Below, in pieces: positions 38,639 to 52,961 of a stretch of 64,000 nucleotides of DNA (the first letter of the stretch is position 1; every line of letters begins with the position of its first letter). A program made the position numbers and the translations under genes. The notes below the pieces were generated by a model, which saw nothing but the letters and a program-made list of their open reading frames with translations, had not been told where the DNA came from and ran no database searches. Origin of the DNA: Azolla caroliniana (taxonomy: Eukaryota > Plantae > Polypodiophyta); contig JBHGNT010000008.1 in the NCBI GenBank assembly GCA_043228905.1, positions 11,718,001 through 11,782,000 on the forward strand. Reading direction: 5' to 3'.

Positions 38639-41600
38639 TGTTACGGGCATGACCATATAATATCCCGTGGTGAGAATTTACCGTAGTATTCTATACACGT
38701 GGATAAGTGTGAGGGTTAAACGAGAGTGTAAAGAAGGGGAGGATTACTTTTAATCCTTAGGATTGAGACACACCATTAGGCCAAGTGTGAACATGGCTAG
38801 GGGCCTTGGGTATCGCTATAAATAAGAGGCCTAGCTATCCTCATTTCATTATCTTGTTGACTACGTCGAGCCTCTGTCTTGTGGTGGGTTAACTCTTGTA
38901 GCGAGCGCGCCAGCACCAGGTATGACTCGACGCCACGGTGGTGGTATGGGACATCGATCGAGGCTCGATTCCGTCTCGATCCCTTCGCTCAGGGGTGGTC
39001 GGGTGGATCGGCACCGTTCTTTCTCTCTCTCCTTTCTATCTAATCTATCTATATTCTATCCTTATCTAATGCTTACATTAGTATATGTCTCTAATAGTTG
39101 ATATTAGAGCTCATTTTCTAATGTTTCTTTTGTTGTGTTTTGTGTTCTTGATTGATGGTGATCGATCAATGTGCGGTCGGCCTTGATCCAGACAACAATC
39201 AACAAAAGAACTTCGGTAATCTTTCTTGTTTTTTCTATTCTTTCTTCTCCCAATTTAATCATGTGTATGGTTAATATGTAAATTTTTTTTATAGATTCAA
39301 TGATGTTTTAGAGGTAATTAATTGGTTATATAAAACATTTACATATGTGCACGAGGTCAATACCTCATTTGACGTATATTGAATATGTGATGAGTGTCGT
39401 ATGCGCACGAGGTTAATACCTCAAATGCATATTACTTTCACAAACATATGTTACGTTTGCGTATGAGGTCAATACCTCAATTGCATATTACGATTAACCC
39501 TTATTTTTGGATGTCTCGTGTGTGTAGAGGTATATGCCTCGATTATGTATCTCGATTACGTCATTCTTGGCTATTAAATATAATGATTTGTTTAATATAG
39601 GCATATGTGGTCACGTGTATACATAGTTGATCGTATATATGTGATAATATACATGTGTATATAAGTTATTACGTGATTTTAAATCGAATGTTTTCCTTTT
39701 CGGGGAAAGGATTTTGGTGGCCGTCCTCACATTTTTGTGAGAATAGCGTTGTCACCATCCCTTTTCTCAACAATTTTTTATTGTGGAAATCCCCGTTGGT
39801 GACTTCGATATTTCGTTATGTAAAGAAACGCCAATAGCCATAATGATGTTGAGTACGTAGGGCTTGACCCACTTCATGTGAGATCACTCCTATGACACAC
39901 ATATCCAACATCCCTCCCTCATTACATGGATACAATGCCACCATGAGATCATTCTTACGAAAGGCATTCGTAATGACGTGACCATGTGATGGGCCACGTG
40001 GGCCTACTATGAAAAGAGGGCTCATTTGGCTTGACCATTAGGTTGCACTTTGGCGTATGCCATCGTAATTACGAGACTTGAGGTTAGGTTACGTACCAAC
40101 ATAGTTGTAGTAAATGAGGGAGAAATAACGACTCTTGACATATATGTTTCTTTTTAAAAAACATATATGGGCAAATGCCTCGCATATCTCTTATACGCAT
40201 AAAACATTAAACATTCAAGAAGAGCGACCTACTTGGTTGGCTCAAGTGTTTACTATATTTGTTCTCGAGGTCTCGAGTTTAAATATGACCAAGACCATAC
40301 AACATCGTTGATACATATGACTATAACATATGTTTAGACTTGAGGTCTAAGTGCACTTTGGGGTCCCCGTAATAGGACTTAAAGAGCCGAAACCACATAT
40401 GTGGGCACAAAAACGTAGTTTAATGTTAACATTTTTTTCGTGTATAAACTATTCATGACGTGAACATACATGGTTGAGCCTCGGGGAGCCACCATGAAAA
40501 AAATCGATATAGAGATTAGGGAAAGACATTTATTTGTCACCCCCATGGTTTTTAAAACACCTTTGTGTTACCATAATAACCTGATCTTGAACCTCATCTC
40601 ATACGTCTAGAGGGGTATTGACGTGAGATCATGACATCGATTAATGTTCGCCCATGATATGTTTACATCACGACATGATGTTATGACTATCTCTCTGACC
40701 TTATCCTATTTCTTTTCTAGAAATAATCATTTAATGGCTCAAAATAACGACCCGATATCATCCGCTCAAGCTGAAGGATCTCAAGGGAATCCTCCTGGAC
40801 AAATGTCCATTGAGATGTATTTTTCGCAAATAACCCAATACCTTAGTTTCACTGCTCAACAGATGACCGAACTTCGGCAATCTCACGGTGCTCTCGAGGC
40901 ACGTGTCATTAGTCTACAACGTGAGACTAATAGACCTGATGAGCGACAGGGTGAACCATTGTTTGTCATTAAGCCATTTACAGGAGACAAAAAGGAAAGA
41001 ACCGAAGAAGCAATCTACACGTGGTTGGGCCGATGAGAGTCTCATTTTGAGCTCTATCCCACGCCATATAGTATTAAGATTGCATATGTCGGCCGAGAAC
41101 TAGGGGTAAGGCCGCCGCTTGGTGGCATGGGCTCCGTACTTTGTGAAAATTTCTCGATACTTGGACAGATTTTGTCACAGTTTTCAAGGGCCAATTTCTG
41201 CAGCCTCCCTCTCGAACCGAGGCAGCACAAGCTTTAATGAACCTCTCTAGCAGGAAATTTTCTTCGCTAGAAGACTATGTCCACCATGCTAGAACCCAAA
41301 TCCAAAAATCGGGTCTAGAAGGGGACAATTGGTTAATAGCTTGTTTTGTCAATGGCATCCCCAATTCGGACTATCACTGGATAGTGCACGATAAGGATCC
41401 AAAATCCTTTGAAGAGGCCGTTGAAATAGTTCTTCGCTATCAACACACTTCGAAGAAGGACCACAAAAAACCCAATGGAGCGCTCGGGACTAAGTAGTCG
41501 CAATTCGTTGGGAAACACAAGACACCCAACGAATTCATGGATCGCGATTGTAAGCAACAACATCCTTTTTGCATATTCTGCAAAAAGAAGGGTCATACAA

Positions 41601-44600
41601 AGGAGCAATGTCAAAAGCTCCAACAGAAAGAGCACGACAACAAAGCTAAAGCTGCAGACCATAAAGGTCAAATTTCTAATGTCCTTCAGGTCTATACACA
41701 TCATTTAAGTAATTGTGAATGTTCTTTCCCTCACTATGTATTGGGTCCCAATGATTTACTACGTGCAAACGGGTATATCAATGGATCTCCCGTACAATTT
41801 TTATTTGATTCGGGAAGCTCACACAACTTTGTCAATGATTGTTTGGTTCAGATATGGGGAATCCAACCCACCGTAAGTGATCACACCTACACGGTGCACT
41901 TGGTTGATGGAAGAGTACAATACATCAACGGGGCGATTCATTCATTAGGAATTTCTATTGATACTTATATAGAGGAAGTAGACTTCCATGTAATGAATCT
42001 TTGTACCACCGATGTAATATTGGGTTATCCCTAGTTTTATAATAAAAACTCTTCTTTATCTATTGATTGGGTTCATCATTCAATAACATTTGTATTGAAT
42101 GATTGTACTCATTTTATTCAATGTGTCAAAAAACAATCCCTCGCGATTGTTTCCTCGTGTCCATCAATATCCGAGTTGTCTTGTTCTACTCTATTTTATT
42201 GTGTACTTGATCCGGACATTCACGTTTACAATATCGATAATGTCTCGGTTCAATTAACATATTTTGAACAACAACTTGATGAAATCTTAAATGATTTTCA
42301 TGATGTTTTTCGAGTGAACTACCATATGGGTTACCTCCTAAACATAATATAGACCATCCTATAGATATTGTACCTGGAGTTGCACCAATAAGTATACCTC
42401 CTTATTGCTTAAGTCGATCCGAAGAGGATGAGGTATCTAAGCAACTCAAGGACTATTTACGAATGGGTTATATATGTTATAGTAAATCTCCATGGGGTGC
42501 ACCAGTTCTCTTGGTTAAAAAGAAAGAGGGCACATGGCGTATGTGTATTAATTACCGACGCTTGAATAAAGTGACGATCAAGAATTTGTATCTATTGCCT
42601 TGGGCTGACGATCTAATTGACCGTCTCTAGGGAGCTCGGTATTTTACGAAACTTGATCTCCGTATTGGCTACCATCAAATTTGTATAAGTGAGAATGATG
42701 TTCCTAAAACGACATTTCGTGCACGCTACAACCATTATGAGTTTTTGGTTATGCCTTTTGGTTTGACCAATGCGGCTACATTTCAACAAGAAATGAATGA
42801 CATTTTCCAAGAACAACTTGGAAAATTTGTCGTTATTTTCTTGGATGATATTTTAGTTTATAGCCGTACATTACAAGAACATGCTAAACATGTCCGCTTT
42901 GTTTTACAAACATTGTGTGACAAACAGTTTTATGCGAAGATCTCAAAATGTGAGTTCTTCAAGAAATCAATTACATATCTTGGACATCTCATAACCGAAC
43001 GAGGAGTTGAAATTGATCCTCTCACATTGAGAAAATCAAGCTTGGGCCCACTCTTCGGAATATTCGAGAAGTTCGATCATTCCTTGGTTTTGTCGGGTTT
43101 TTGCGAAAATCCCTTCGTAATTACTCCCAATTGACGACACCGTTGACTGATCTTCTAAAAGGTCAAACGCGTAAGTCTACAAAACCTATTGTCTAGAATG
43201 TTACACTAGACCTCGCCTTTAAGGAACTCAAGGACCTGGTTTGCAAGGTTCCTTCACTTCTTTTACCTGATCCTTCAAAACCTTTTGAGGTTGAAACCGA
43301 AGCAAGCGATTATGCTATAGGTGTTGTCTTATATCAATATGGTAAACCAATAGCATTCGAGAGTAAGAAACTTGATTCTGGTCAATGTCAGTATACCGTT
43401 CAAGAAAAGGAATTATTTGCAGTTATACATGCGCTCAAAATATGGCGCCATTATCTTTATGGAAATCATTTTGTGGTAACTACGGACCACGAGTCCTTGA
43501 AACATTTTTGTGACCAACAAGACCTGAAAGCTCGTAAGGCATGATGGGCTGATCTCATCCAGAACTTTGATTTTTCCATACGATATCGTAAAGGTTCCAT
43601 GAACACTGTCGCCGATGCACTAAGTCGCATCCGTGAAGTTAACATGCTTAACTTCACTGAAATAACATCAGATCTTTATGATCACCTTCGAGGAAAGTAT
43701 TCTGATGACAGTTATTTTGCAAAATACTGGGCAAGAGTTGAGTCTGGAATAGACACCACCACATCCTCGAAGGAATACTTCCACATTGCTAATGGTCTGC
43801 TCTACCGTAATGGGAAGGTTTGTGTTCCAGATTTACCCGAGGTCAAAAAGAGGATTCTTTTTTAATGCCATGATGAACCCTCAGTAGGGCACCCTGGAAT
43901 ACATCATACACTCGTTCTCATCTCCACTCAATTTTATTGGCCTAAGATGCGTCCTGACATACATAGCTATGTGACTAAATGTCACCAATGTCAGGTTAAC
44001 AAAGCCGAGTGACTTAAAGCTACAGGACTTTTACATCCCTTGGACATTCCGAATAATAAGTGTGAAAGTATATCCATGGATTTTATTGTTAGCCTTCCTC
44101 GTACCCAAAAAGGCCATGATGCCATCTAGGTTGTGGTTGATAGACTAACAAAAATGGCCAGATTTATTGCTATTAAAACCACGGTAACAACTCTTGAATT
44201 GGCTTACCAATTCGTTGACGAGTTATTTCTTTTTTATGGGTTACCGATGGATATCATGAGTGATCAAGATCCAAAGTTTACTAGTGACTTCTGGACGCAA
44301 GTCTTTAAGAAGTTAGAAACTACGTTGAGCATGAGCTCCACGGATCATCCTCAATCCGATGGACAAACAACTCAAGATATGCAAGATATGTTGCATATTG
44401 CACGAGATAATATAAAAACAGCTCAAGATAGAGCACGTTTTTATGACGATCATCATAGGCAACCTCGTGTATTCAACCCTGGACAGAAGGTATTTTTACA
44501 TGTACCTCACAATTCTAAGACATTGTCTAAGGGTAAGTGTGCTAAGTTAGCCCCACGGTTTTGTGGACCTTTTACAGTCCTCAAACGCATTGGGTCATCA

Positions 44601-45387
44601 GCCTATTGTCTCGCTCTTCCCGATGGTGTTGAAATTCATCCAATTTTTCATGTGAGTCGTCTAAAAGAACTTCTAGGTTTTGGCAATAATACAGTTACAA
44701 CTGAAACTCTGGTTACTTCTGAAGAGTTATCTTCTAAACCACATGTACCAGAAAGATTTCTCGATGTTAAAACAAAAAAATTACTTACTGAAGAAATCCG
44801 AGAATTTAAAATAAGATGGATGGATAAATCAATAAAAGATGCCACATGGGAATGCGAAAATACTCTCAGAACTAACTTCCCTAACTTTCCATTGCAATAG
44901 TGCAATGTTTTAAAGAGGGGGAGTATGTTACGGGCATGACCATATAATATCCCATGGTGAGAATTTACCGTAGTATTCTATACACGTTGATAAGTGTGAG
45001 GGTTAAACGAGAGTGTAAAGAAGGGGAGGATTACTTTTAATCCTCGGGATTGAGACAAACCATTAGGCCAAGTGTGAACATGGCTAGGGGCCTTGGGTAT
45101 CGCTATAAATAAGAGGCCTAGCTACCCTCATTTCATTATCTTGTTGACTACGTCGAGACTCTGTCTTATGGTGGGTCAACTCTTGTAGCGAGCCCGCCAG
45201 CACCAGGTACAACTCGACGCCACGACTGTGGTATGGGACGCTGATCGAGGCTCGAGTCTGTCTCAATCCCTTCGCTCAGGGGTGGTCGGGTGGATCGGCA
45301 CCGTTCTTTCTCTCTCTCTTTTCTATCTAATCTATCTATATTCTATCCTTATCTAACTAATGCTTACATTAGTCTATATCTCTAATA
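38639..45387 (+). mobile_element. Ty3/Gypsy chromovirus, full-length but decayed; LTRs 38639-39096 and 44926-45387, TSD CATAT
   Basis: LTRs TGTTACGGG...CTAATA, degenerate iMet PBS TGATATTAGAGC, PPT AAAGAGGGGGAG. Protease [29 protein letters not shown], integrase and chromodomain (FKIRW...DATWE). Confidence 0.92.
40734..44900 (+). pseudogene. Chromovirus gag-pol with many stops and an internal integrase deletion
   Basis: ORF fragments from 40644 to 44900. HPQSDGQT jumps straight to TQDMQDML near 44370. Confidence 0.88.
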
Positions 45388-46545
45388 CATATAATATGTA
45401 GTCTTAGGTATTAATATGTATGTGTATGTGTATATATATAATATGTAATTTATTTTTCTGTGTTTTGTATGTATATATGCATTTGTGTATGTATGTATGT
45501 CATATGTAATTTTATTGTATGTATTATGTTACATGTATATATGTATGTCAATATATATGGTTGAAACTTGATTCTAATATGTATGCAGTATGTAATGCAT
45601 GTATGTATGTGTATGTACATATTTACATATGGTAATATATATTTGTACATATATTTATGTTTAGTCAGTATGCATGTATAAATGGGTGTAATGTATGTAT
45701 ATACATATTCATGGATGTAATGTTTGAATGTATAGGTATATACGCATGTGTGATGTGGGATATATGAATGTAGGTATATATGCATGTATGTGGTATGCAT
45801 GTGTGATGTGTGTTATGTTCGTGTGTGTATGTATGTATGCATATATTGTATTGTATTGTATGTATGGAATGTGTGTATATGTGTATGTATGTGTATGTAT
45901 GTGTATATATATAATATGTACTTTATTTTTTTGTGTTTGGTTTGTATATTTGCATTTGTATATAATTGTGTGTATAAGAATATATGTGTGTAATATGTAA
46001 TATATAAAATATGTTTGTGAGAATGTGTATGTATATATGTAATATGTAATTTTTATGTATGTATTAGGGTAAAAGCATGCGAGTGGAAACACTATTATAG
46101 CTAATTAGCTACTAAAATGGCCATAGCTAATTAGCTATTTGTTTAGCTAGTCTTTCTTGTGGGAAAATCAAATATTTGAAAAACTAATTTATGAAAAAAC
46201 TCAAATATTTGAACTTCTGTTTCAGACGTAGTGGAACTTGGGGAATATCACCATCATCTAAGGTCGACTTCAATGTCATCAATTTCTTGTTTAGCCTAAG
46301 TCTGATTTTGAACGCAGATGGAGTACTCATAGCACGAACGCAGACGTAGCTCCCGCAACAGCAAAAAATCGACATTGCAGATTGAGAGCTACAACACAGA
46401 ACCCGCTCGATCATCGTCCAGGTATGTTTCAGTTACAGAAACCCCAAACATTTGTTTTTTCATTTTGACTACTGTCTGAACTTTGGTGCCGATTCATATT
46501 TCCCCAAAATCGAATAGGGCGAAGTCCTTGGAGTCCCATACAAGG

Positions 46546-49500
46546 ATGTCTCGCAAATCGGGGAGTAGCAACAGGTGTGTTTATATTACTTTTTTTGTGT
46601 TTAATCCTGTCTTTAGTGATTAGGGTTTGTGATTGAAATTTCTGATTAGGGTTTGTGATTGAAATTTCTGATTAGGGTTTTTGATTATAAATTTCTGATT
46701 AGAATTTTTGAATAGGGTTTCTGGTTACAAATTTTGATTACAAATTAGAATTTCTGAATAGGGTTTTTGTTTATAAATTTCTGCTTAGGATTTCTGATTA
46801 GGGTTTGTGATTGAAATTTTTTATTAGGGTTTCTGATTGAAATTTCTGATTAGGGTTTTTGATTATAAATTTCTGATTAGAATTTCTGAATAAGGTTTCT
46901 GGTTACAAACTTCTGATTACAGATTTTGATTAGGGTTTCTGATTTCAAACTTCTGATTACAGATTTTGATTAGGTTAAGTTAAAGATTTTGCACCATTTT
47001 TGTTGTTGTTGATTGGGGTTTTTGATTCTCACATATTCTGATTTTGCACTATTTCTGATTTCTGAAATGATATTTCAGATGGCTCGTTCCTCCGTATACG
47101 AGAGTGCTAAACTTCGCAAAATTTTGCGAGACAAAGGAGGACTTCCACAACACCTATGGTCTGTCACTCGAGGGTGTTGACCCTGCTGTCCTAAGTGATA
47201 AATTGATCAGTGATATAGACTGGATGACAGTATATACAGTGCCTAGAGTCAAAGGCAAGGTCAAGCTGAAGCATGTACGAGCCGACTTGTACGATGACTG
47301 CATGAGACTGCACCAGAAAGTTCATCAGGAGATCCCAGTCAACAATGAGTTGTCAGTTTCATTTGCTAGAGCATTTGCATATGAGTACTGCAAAACAGCG
47401 AAGGAATCTAGAGACCCTGAAATGTATAGGGTAGCTTGGGCAGTCTATGGTGAGGCATCGGTAAAAAGATGCCGAAAGATGGGGACCTTGGCACAAAAAA
47501 TAGACAGATTTTGGAGCATGGCAGCTGTTGATGCAACTGCCGACTCCCAGCAAGACCGGGGGCATACACCACACCGACACCCAAGGAAAGCCAATGTCGA
47601 TGATACAGGTGAGACATTGGTTAGCTATATGCTAAAAAATGTCCATGAAGCCTGTGAGACATTGGCATTTTTTAAGACTGATTTAGAGAAAGCCACAATG
47701 GCTTCTGCAATGGAGAGCAAAGTTACTTCTGCTGTTACAACAATTAGAAATAAGATTCAGGTAACTATTGTTTTGCTGGTATGTGATTGTGTTATAAATA
47801 ACGGGTAAAATGTGCTAATCAAGCATTATCTGGAATAGGTTGCGCAACAGGAGCTTGAATTAGAGGGGCCACTGGATCCCCAGCGTAAAATAGAACTGCA
47901 AATAGAGATCCAGGTTCTTTCAATGAACCTGGACCTTCTAGGTGTAAATACTGTTGCAGATTACAATTTGGATAAGCTTCAAGTAAGTTAACGATTCCTG
48001 CGCAAAGTTGGTGTATCTTTCAACAACAAGAATAATTAATCGGTAAATTTCTCTGTTGCGTTGAAGGAACAATACATTCATCAAGAACAGGTAGTTAGCT
48101 GCCTTAAGAAGAAGCTACATTTTGTGGAGGAAATGGTAAGGACCAGACAGGATTTGGACCTGAACATTCTTGCTCCCTTACCAAATGAAGTAGAACCAGA
48201 AAATGATTTATTGACAGTTCAAGCACGTTGCATCGCTTGCGGGTTAGGTGTGGAGGACAAAACTGTGTCTTTGTTGGTTCACCTACAACCATGCAACCAC
48301 ACATACCATCTGCTTTGTTTTCAACATGCCTGTCAAATTGCTGCATTCTGTTTGGGAGATTGCAGTACAACTCTACCAAATGAGTGGAGAAAACAAACAG
48401 GTATACCATACTGTAGCTAATAAGCTTAGTCTTTTCTAATTAGCTATCCTACTAGCTAATTAGCTACTGGCAGCTAATGAGCTACTAGCTAATTAGCTAT
48501 CCTAGTAGCTAATTAGCTATGGTACTAGCTAATTAGCTAGTACCATAGTTGTGTAAAAAAGCTAAATAGCTATCCTACTAGCTAATTAGCCACTGGCAAC
48601 TAATTAGCTATCCTAGTAACTAATTAGCTACTGCCATAGTTGTGTAAAGTAGCTAATAAGCTATCCTAGTAGCTAGTTAGCTATGGTACTAGCTAATTAG
48701 CTAGTACCATAGTTGTGTAAAAAAGCTAATTAGCTATCCTACTAGCTAATTAGCTACTGGCAACTAATTAGCTATCCTACTAGCTAATTAGCTATCCTAC
48801 TAGCTAATTAGCTATCATAGTAGCTAATTAGCTACTGACATAGTTGTGTAAAGTAGCTAATAAGCTATCCTAGTAGCTAGTTAGCTATGGTACTAGCTAA
48901 TTAGCTAGTACCATAGTTGTGTAAAAAAGCTAATTAGCTATCCTACTAGCTAATTAGCTACTGGCAACTAATTAGCTATCCTACTAGCTAATTAGCTATC
49001 ATAGTAGCTAATTAGCTACTGACATAGTTGTGTAAAGTAGCTAATAAGCTATCCTAGTAGCTAGTTAGCTATGGTACTAGCTAATTAGCTAGTACCATAG
49101 TTGTGTAAAAAAGCTAATTAGCTATCCTACTAGCTAATTAGCTACTGGCAACTAATTAGCTATCCTACTAGCTAATTAGCTATCCTACTAGCTAATTAGC
49201 TATCCTACTAGCTAATTAGCTATCATAGTAGCTAATTAGCTACTGACATAGTTGTGTAAAGTAGCTAATAAGCTATCCTAGTAGCTAATTAGCTACTGGC
49301 AGCTAATTAGCTATCCTAGTAGCTAATTAGCTACTGGCAGCTAATTAGCTGTCCTAGTAGCTAATAAGCTATCCTAGCTACTACATAGTTGAGAAAGTAG
49401 ATAATTAGCTTTCATTGTAGCTAATTAGGTATCCTAGCTACCACCATAGTTAATAAAGTAGCTAATTAGCTATCCTAGCTACTACCATAGTTAGTAAAGT

Positions 49501-52500
49501 AGCTAATTAGCTATCCTAGCTACTACCATAGTTGAGTAAAGTAGCTAATTAGCTACCATAGTAGCTAATTAGCTATCCTAGCTACTACTATAGTTGTGTA
49601 AAGTAGCTAATAAGCTATCCTACTAGCTAATTAGCTATCCTAGTAGGTAATTAGCTATGGTACTAGCTAATTAGCTAGTACTATAGTTGTGTAAAAAAGC
49701 TAATTAGGTATCCTACTAGCTAATTAGCCACTGGCAACTAATTAGCTATCCTAGTAACTAATTAGCTACTGCCATAGTTGTGTAAAGTAGCTAATAAGCT
49801 ATCCTAGTAGCTAATTAGCTACTAGCAGCTAATTAGCTATCCTAGTAGCTAATTAGCTATCCTACTAGCTAATTAGCTACTACCATAGTTGAGTAAAGTA
49901 CCTAATTAGCTATCCTACTAGCTAATTAGCTACTGGCAACTAATTAGCTATCCTAGTAGCTAATTAGCTGTTGGCAACTAATTAGCTATCCTACTAGCGA
50001 ATTAGCTATCCTAGCGAATTAGCTATCCTAGTAGCTACTGCCATAGTTGTGTAAAGTAGCTAATAAGCTATCCTAGTAGCTAATTAGCTACTGGCAGCTA
50101 ATTAGCTGTCCTAGTAGCTAATAAGCTATCCTAACTACTACCATAGTTGAGTAAAGTACCTAATTAGCTATCCTAACTACTACCATAGTTGAGTAAAGTA
50201 CCTAATTAGCTACCATACTGTAGCTAATAAGCTTAGTCTTTTCTAATTAGCTATCCTACTAGCTAATTAGCTACTGGCAGCTAATGAGCTACTAGCTAAT
50301 TAGCTGTCCTAGTAGCTAATTAGCTATGGTACTAGCTAATTAGCTAGTACCATAGTTGTGTAAAAAAGCTAAATAGCTATCCTACTAGCTAAATTAGCCA
50401 CTGGCAACTAATTAGCTATCCTAGTAACTAATTAGCTACTGCCATAGTTGTGTAAAGTAGCTAATAAGCTATCCTAGTAGCTAGTTAGCTATGGTACTAG
50501 CTAATTAGCTAGTACCATAGTTGTGTAAAAAAGCTAATTAGCTATCCTACTAGCTAATTAGCTACTGGCAACTAATTAGCTATCCTACTAGCTAATTAGC
50601 TATCCTACTAGCTAATTAGCTATCATAGTAGCTAATTAGCTACTGACATAGTTGTGTAAAGTAGCTAATAAGCTATCCTAGTAGCTAGTTAGCTATGGTA
50701 CTAGCTAATTAGCTAGTACCATAGTTGTGTAAAAAAGCTAATTAGCTATCCTACTAGCTAATTAGCTACTGGCAACTAATTAGCTATCCTACTAGCTAAT
50801 TAGCTATCCTACTAGCTAATTAGCTATCATAGTAGCTAATTAGCTACTGACATAGTTGTGTAAAGTAGCTAATAAGCTATCCTAGTAGCTAGTTAGCTAT
50901 GGTACTAGCTAATTAGCTAGTACCATAGTTGTGTAAAAAAGCTAATTAGCTATCCTACTAGCTAATTAGCTACTGGCAACTAATTAGCTATCCTACTAGC
51001 TAATTAGCTATCCTACTAGCTAATTAGCTATCATAGTAGCTAATTAGCTACTGACATAGTTGTGTAAAGTAGCTAATTAGCTATCCTAGTAGCTAATTAG
51101 CTACTGGCAGCTAATTAGCTGTCCTAGTAGCTAATAAGCTATCCTAGCTACTACATAGTTGAGAAAGTAGCTAATTAGCTTTCATTGTAGCTAATTAGCT
51201 ATCCTAGCTACCACCATAGTTAATAAAGTAGCTAATTAGCTATCCTAGCTACTACCATAGTTAGTAAAGTAGCTAATTAGCTATCCTAGCTACTACCATA
51301 GTTGAGTAAAGTAGCTAATTAGCTTTCATTGTAGCTAATTAGCTATCCTAGCTACCACCATAGTTAATAAAGTAGCTAATTAGCTATCCTAGCTACTACC
51401 ATAGTTAGTAAAGTAGCTAATTAGCTATCCTAGCTACTACCATAGTTGAGTAAAGTAGCTAATTAGCTACCATAGTAGCTAATTAGCTATCCTAGTAACT
51501 AATTAGCTATCCTAGTAACTAATTAGCTACTGCCATAGTTGTGTAAAGTAGCTAATAAGCTATCCTAGTAGCTAATTAGCTACTAGCAGCTAATTAGCTA
51601 TCCTAGTAGCTAATTAGCTACTACCATAGTTGAGTAAAGTAGCTAATTAGCTATCCTACTAGCTAATTAGCTACTACCATAGTTGAGTAAAGTACCTAAT
51701 TAGCTATCCTACTAGCTAATTAGCTACTGGCAACTAATTAGCTATCCTAGTAGCTAATTAGCTATCCTAGTAGCTAATTAGCTGCTGGAAACTAATTAGC
51801 TATCCTACTAGCGAATTAGCTATCCTAGTAGCTACTGCCATAGTTGTGTAAAGTAGCTAATAAGCTATCCTAGTAGCTAATTAGCTACTGGCAGCTAATT
51901 AGCTATCCTAGTAGCTAATTAGCTACTGGCAGCTAATTAGCTGTCCTAGTAGCTAATAAGCTATCCTAACTACTACCATAGTTGAGTAAAGTACCTAATT
52001 AGCTATCCTAACTACTACCATAGTTGAGTAAAGTACCTAATTAGCTATCATACTAGCTAATTAGCTATCGTACTAGCTAATTAGCTATCGTACTAGCTAA
52101 TTAGCTATCCTAGCTTCTACCATAGTTTAGTAAAGTAGCTAATTAGCTATCCTAAATAACTGTCATGTTATTGTAGAATCTTGTGGATTAAGGACGGCAC
52201 ATGATGTGTCTGGTGCTGATGATGCTGCAACAGATGAGGATACTACTGCCAATGTGGCTGAAAGTAAGAGTCCTGCTATCACATCTCCTTCAGATCAGCT
52301 GCACCCTATTCTTTTGGAACAGTGTACTGAATTAGGCAACGATGTGAAATGCCATGAAATAGTGGAAACAACATGTAAAACTGAGGTTCACAACAACAGT
52401 GTTTATGAACACTTGATGCAACATTTCTTCGAGTCTCAAGACCTTGATTCCACCCCACCGAGCCCAACTACTGAAAATGTCCAAACAGATCCCTCTGTAC

Positions 52501-52712
52501 TTGAAAAGCTAGTTCAAGAAACGGCTGATGTGCAATTAGCTGCTGAGGCGATGGGAAGGTTGTCGGAGGAGGACACACTTGCGCATTGGGTCCTAGAAGC
52601 AAGGCTAAATGGGGAACCAACCAGAAAAAGGCTGAAGAAGGGGCCACGATCGGGAACAAGACCAGTTACTCGGTCAAGGGGCCCAGACGTAGTGGAGCGA
52701 AATACTGTTTAG
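46546..52712 (+). CDS. Transposon accessory gene, isoform a (574 aa): unknown N-terminal domain, coiled region, RING-H2-like finger, acidic tail
   Basis: Exons 46546-46574, 47079-47760, 47839-47982, 48067-48400 and 52177-52712. All introns are GT-AG, phases are compatible and there is no internal stop. RING-like CIAC...PCNHTYHLLC...CLGDC. Confidence 0.75.
46618..46980. repeat. Degenerate ~26-bp tandem repeat containing telobox TTAGGGTTT, in the first coding intron of the accessory gene
   Basis: GATTAGGGTTTGTGATTGAAATTTCT-like units with several TAGGGTTT cores. Confidence 0.85.
48404..52153. repeat. 3.7-kb array of the palindrome TAGCTAATTAGCTA filling intron 48401-52176, with a ~1.8-kb higher-order duplication
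   Basis: Dense motif copies with short variable linkers. The marker TACCATACTGTAGCTAATAAGCTTAGTCTTTTC occurs at 48404 and 50211. Confidence 0.95.
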
Positions 52713-52961
52713 TTGGATATGATTGTTAGCTTAGGGATTTTGCTAGGGTTTTATGAAGTTTTACTATCCTGTTGGACAAGTAAAACCTCAGATTGGTTGT
52801 TGCTTGATCCACATTATGTAATGGAACTCTATGATGTTTTTCCAAGATAATTTGAAGAGTGTTGTTCTATGACTGAAACTCTTTGATGTTCAGGATATTG
52901 TTTTGTGAGACTAGTAGTTACTTTGTGAGTGTGAATATGTTGGTGTTTTCTGATGTTGCAG

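Noticed and set aside
40222-40295. Possible tRNA-like boxes in the chromovirus leader
   Set aside because: Both boxes are poor matches (TACTTGGTTGG; AGTTTAAAT), spacing differs from the LTR modules and there is only one copy.
46618-46980. Interstitial telomere
   Set aside because: There is no tandem (TTTAGGG)n run; the cores are isolated within a longer repeat unit.
52883-52961. TTG start of a standalone 377-aa gene as given in the ORF track
   Set aside because: This stretch is T-rich and ends in a good acceptor (TTGCAG), so it is more simply intron; a standalone start is not fully excluded.
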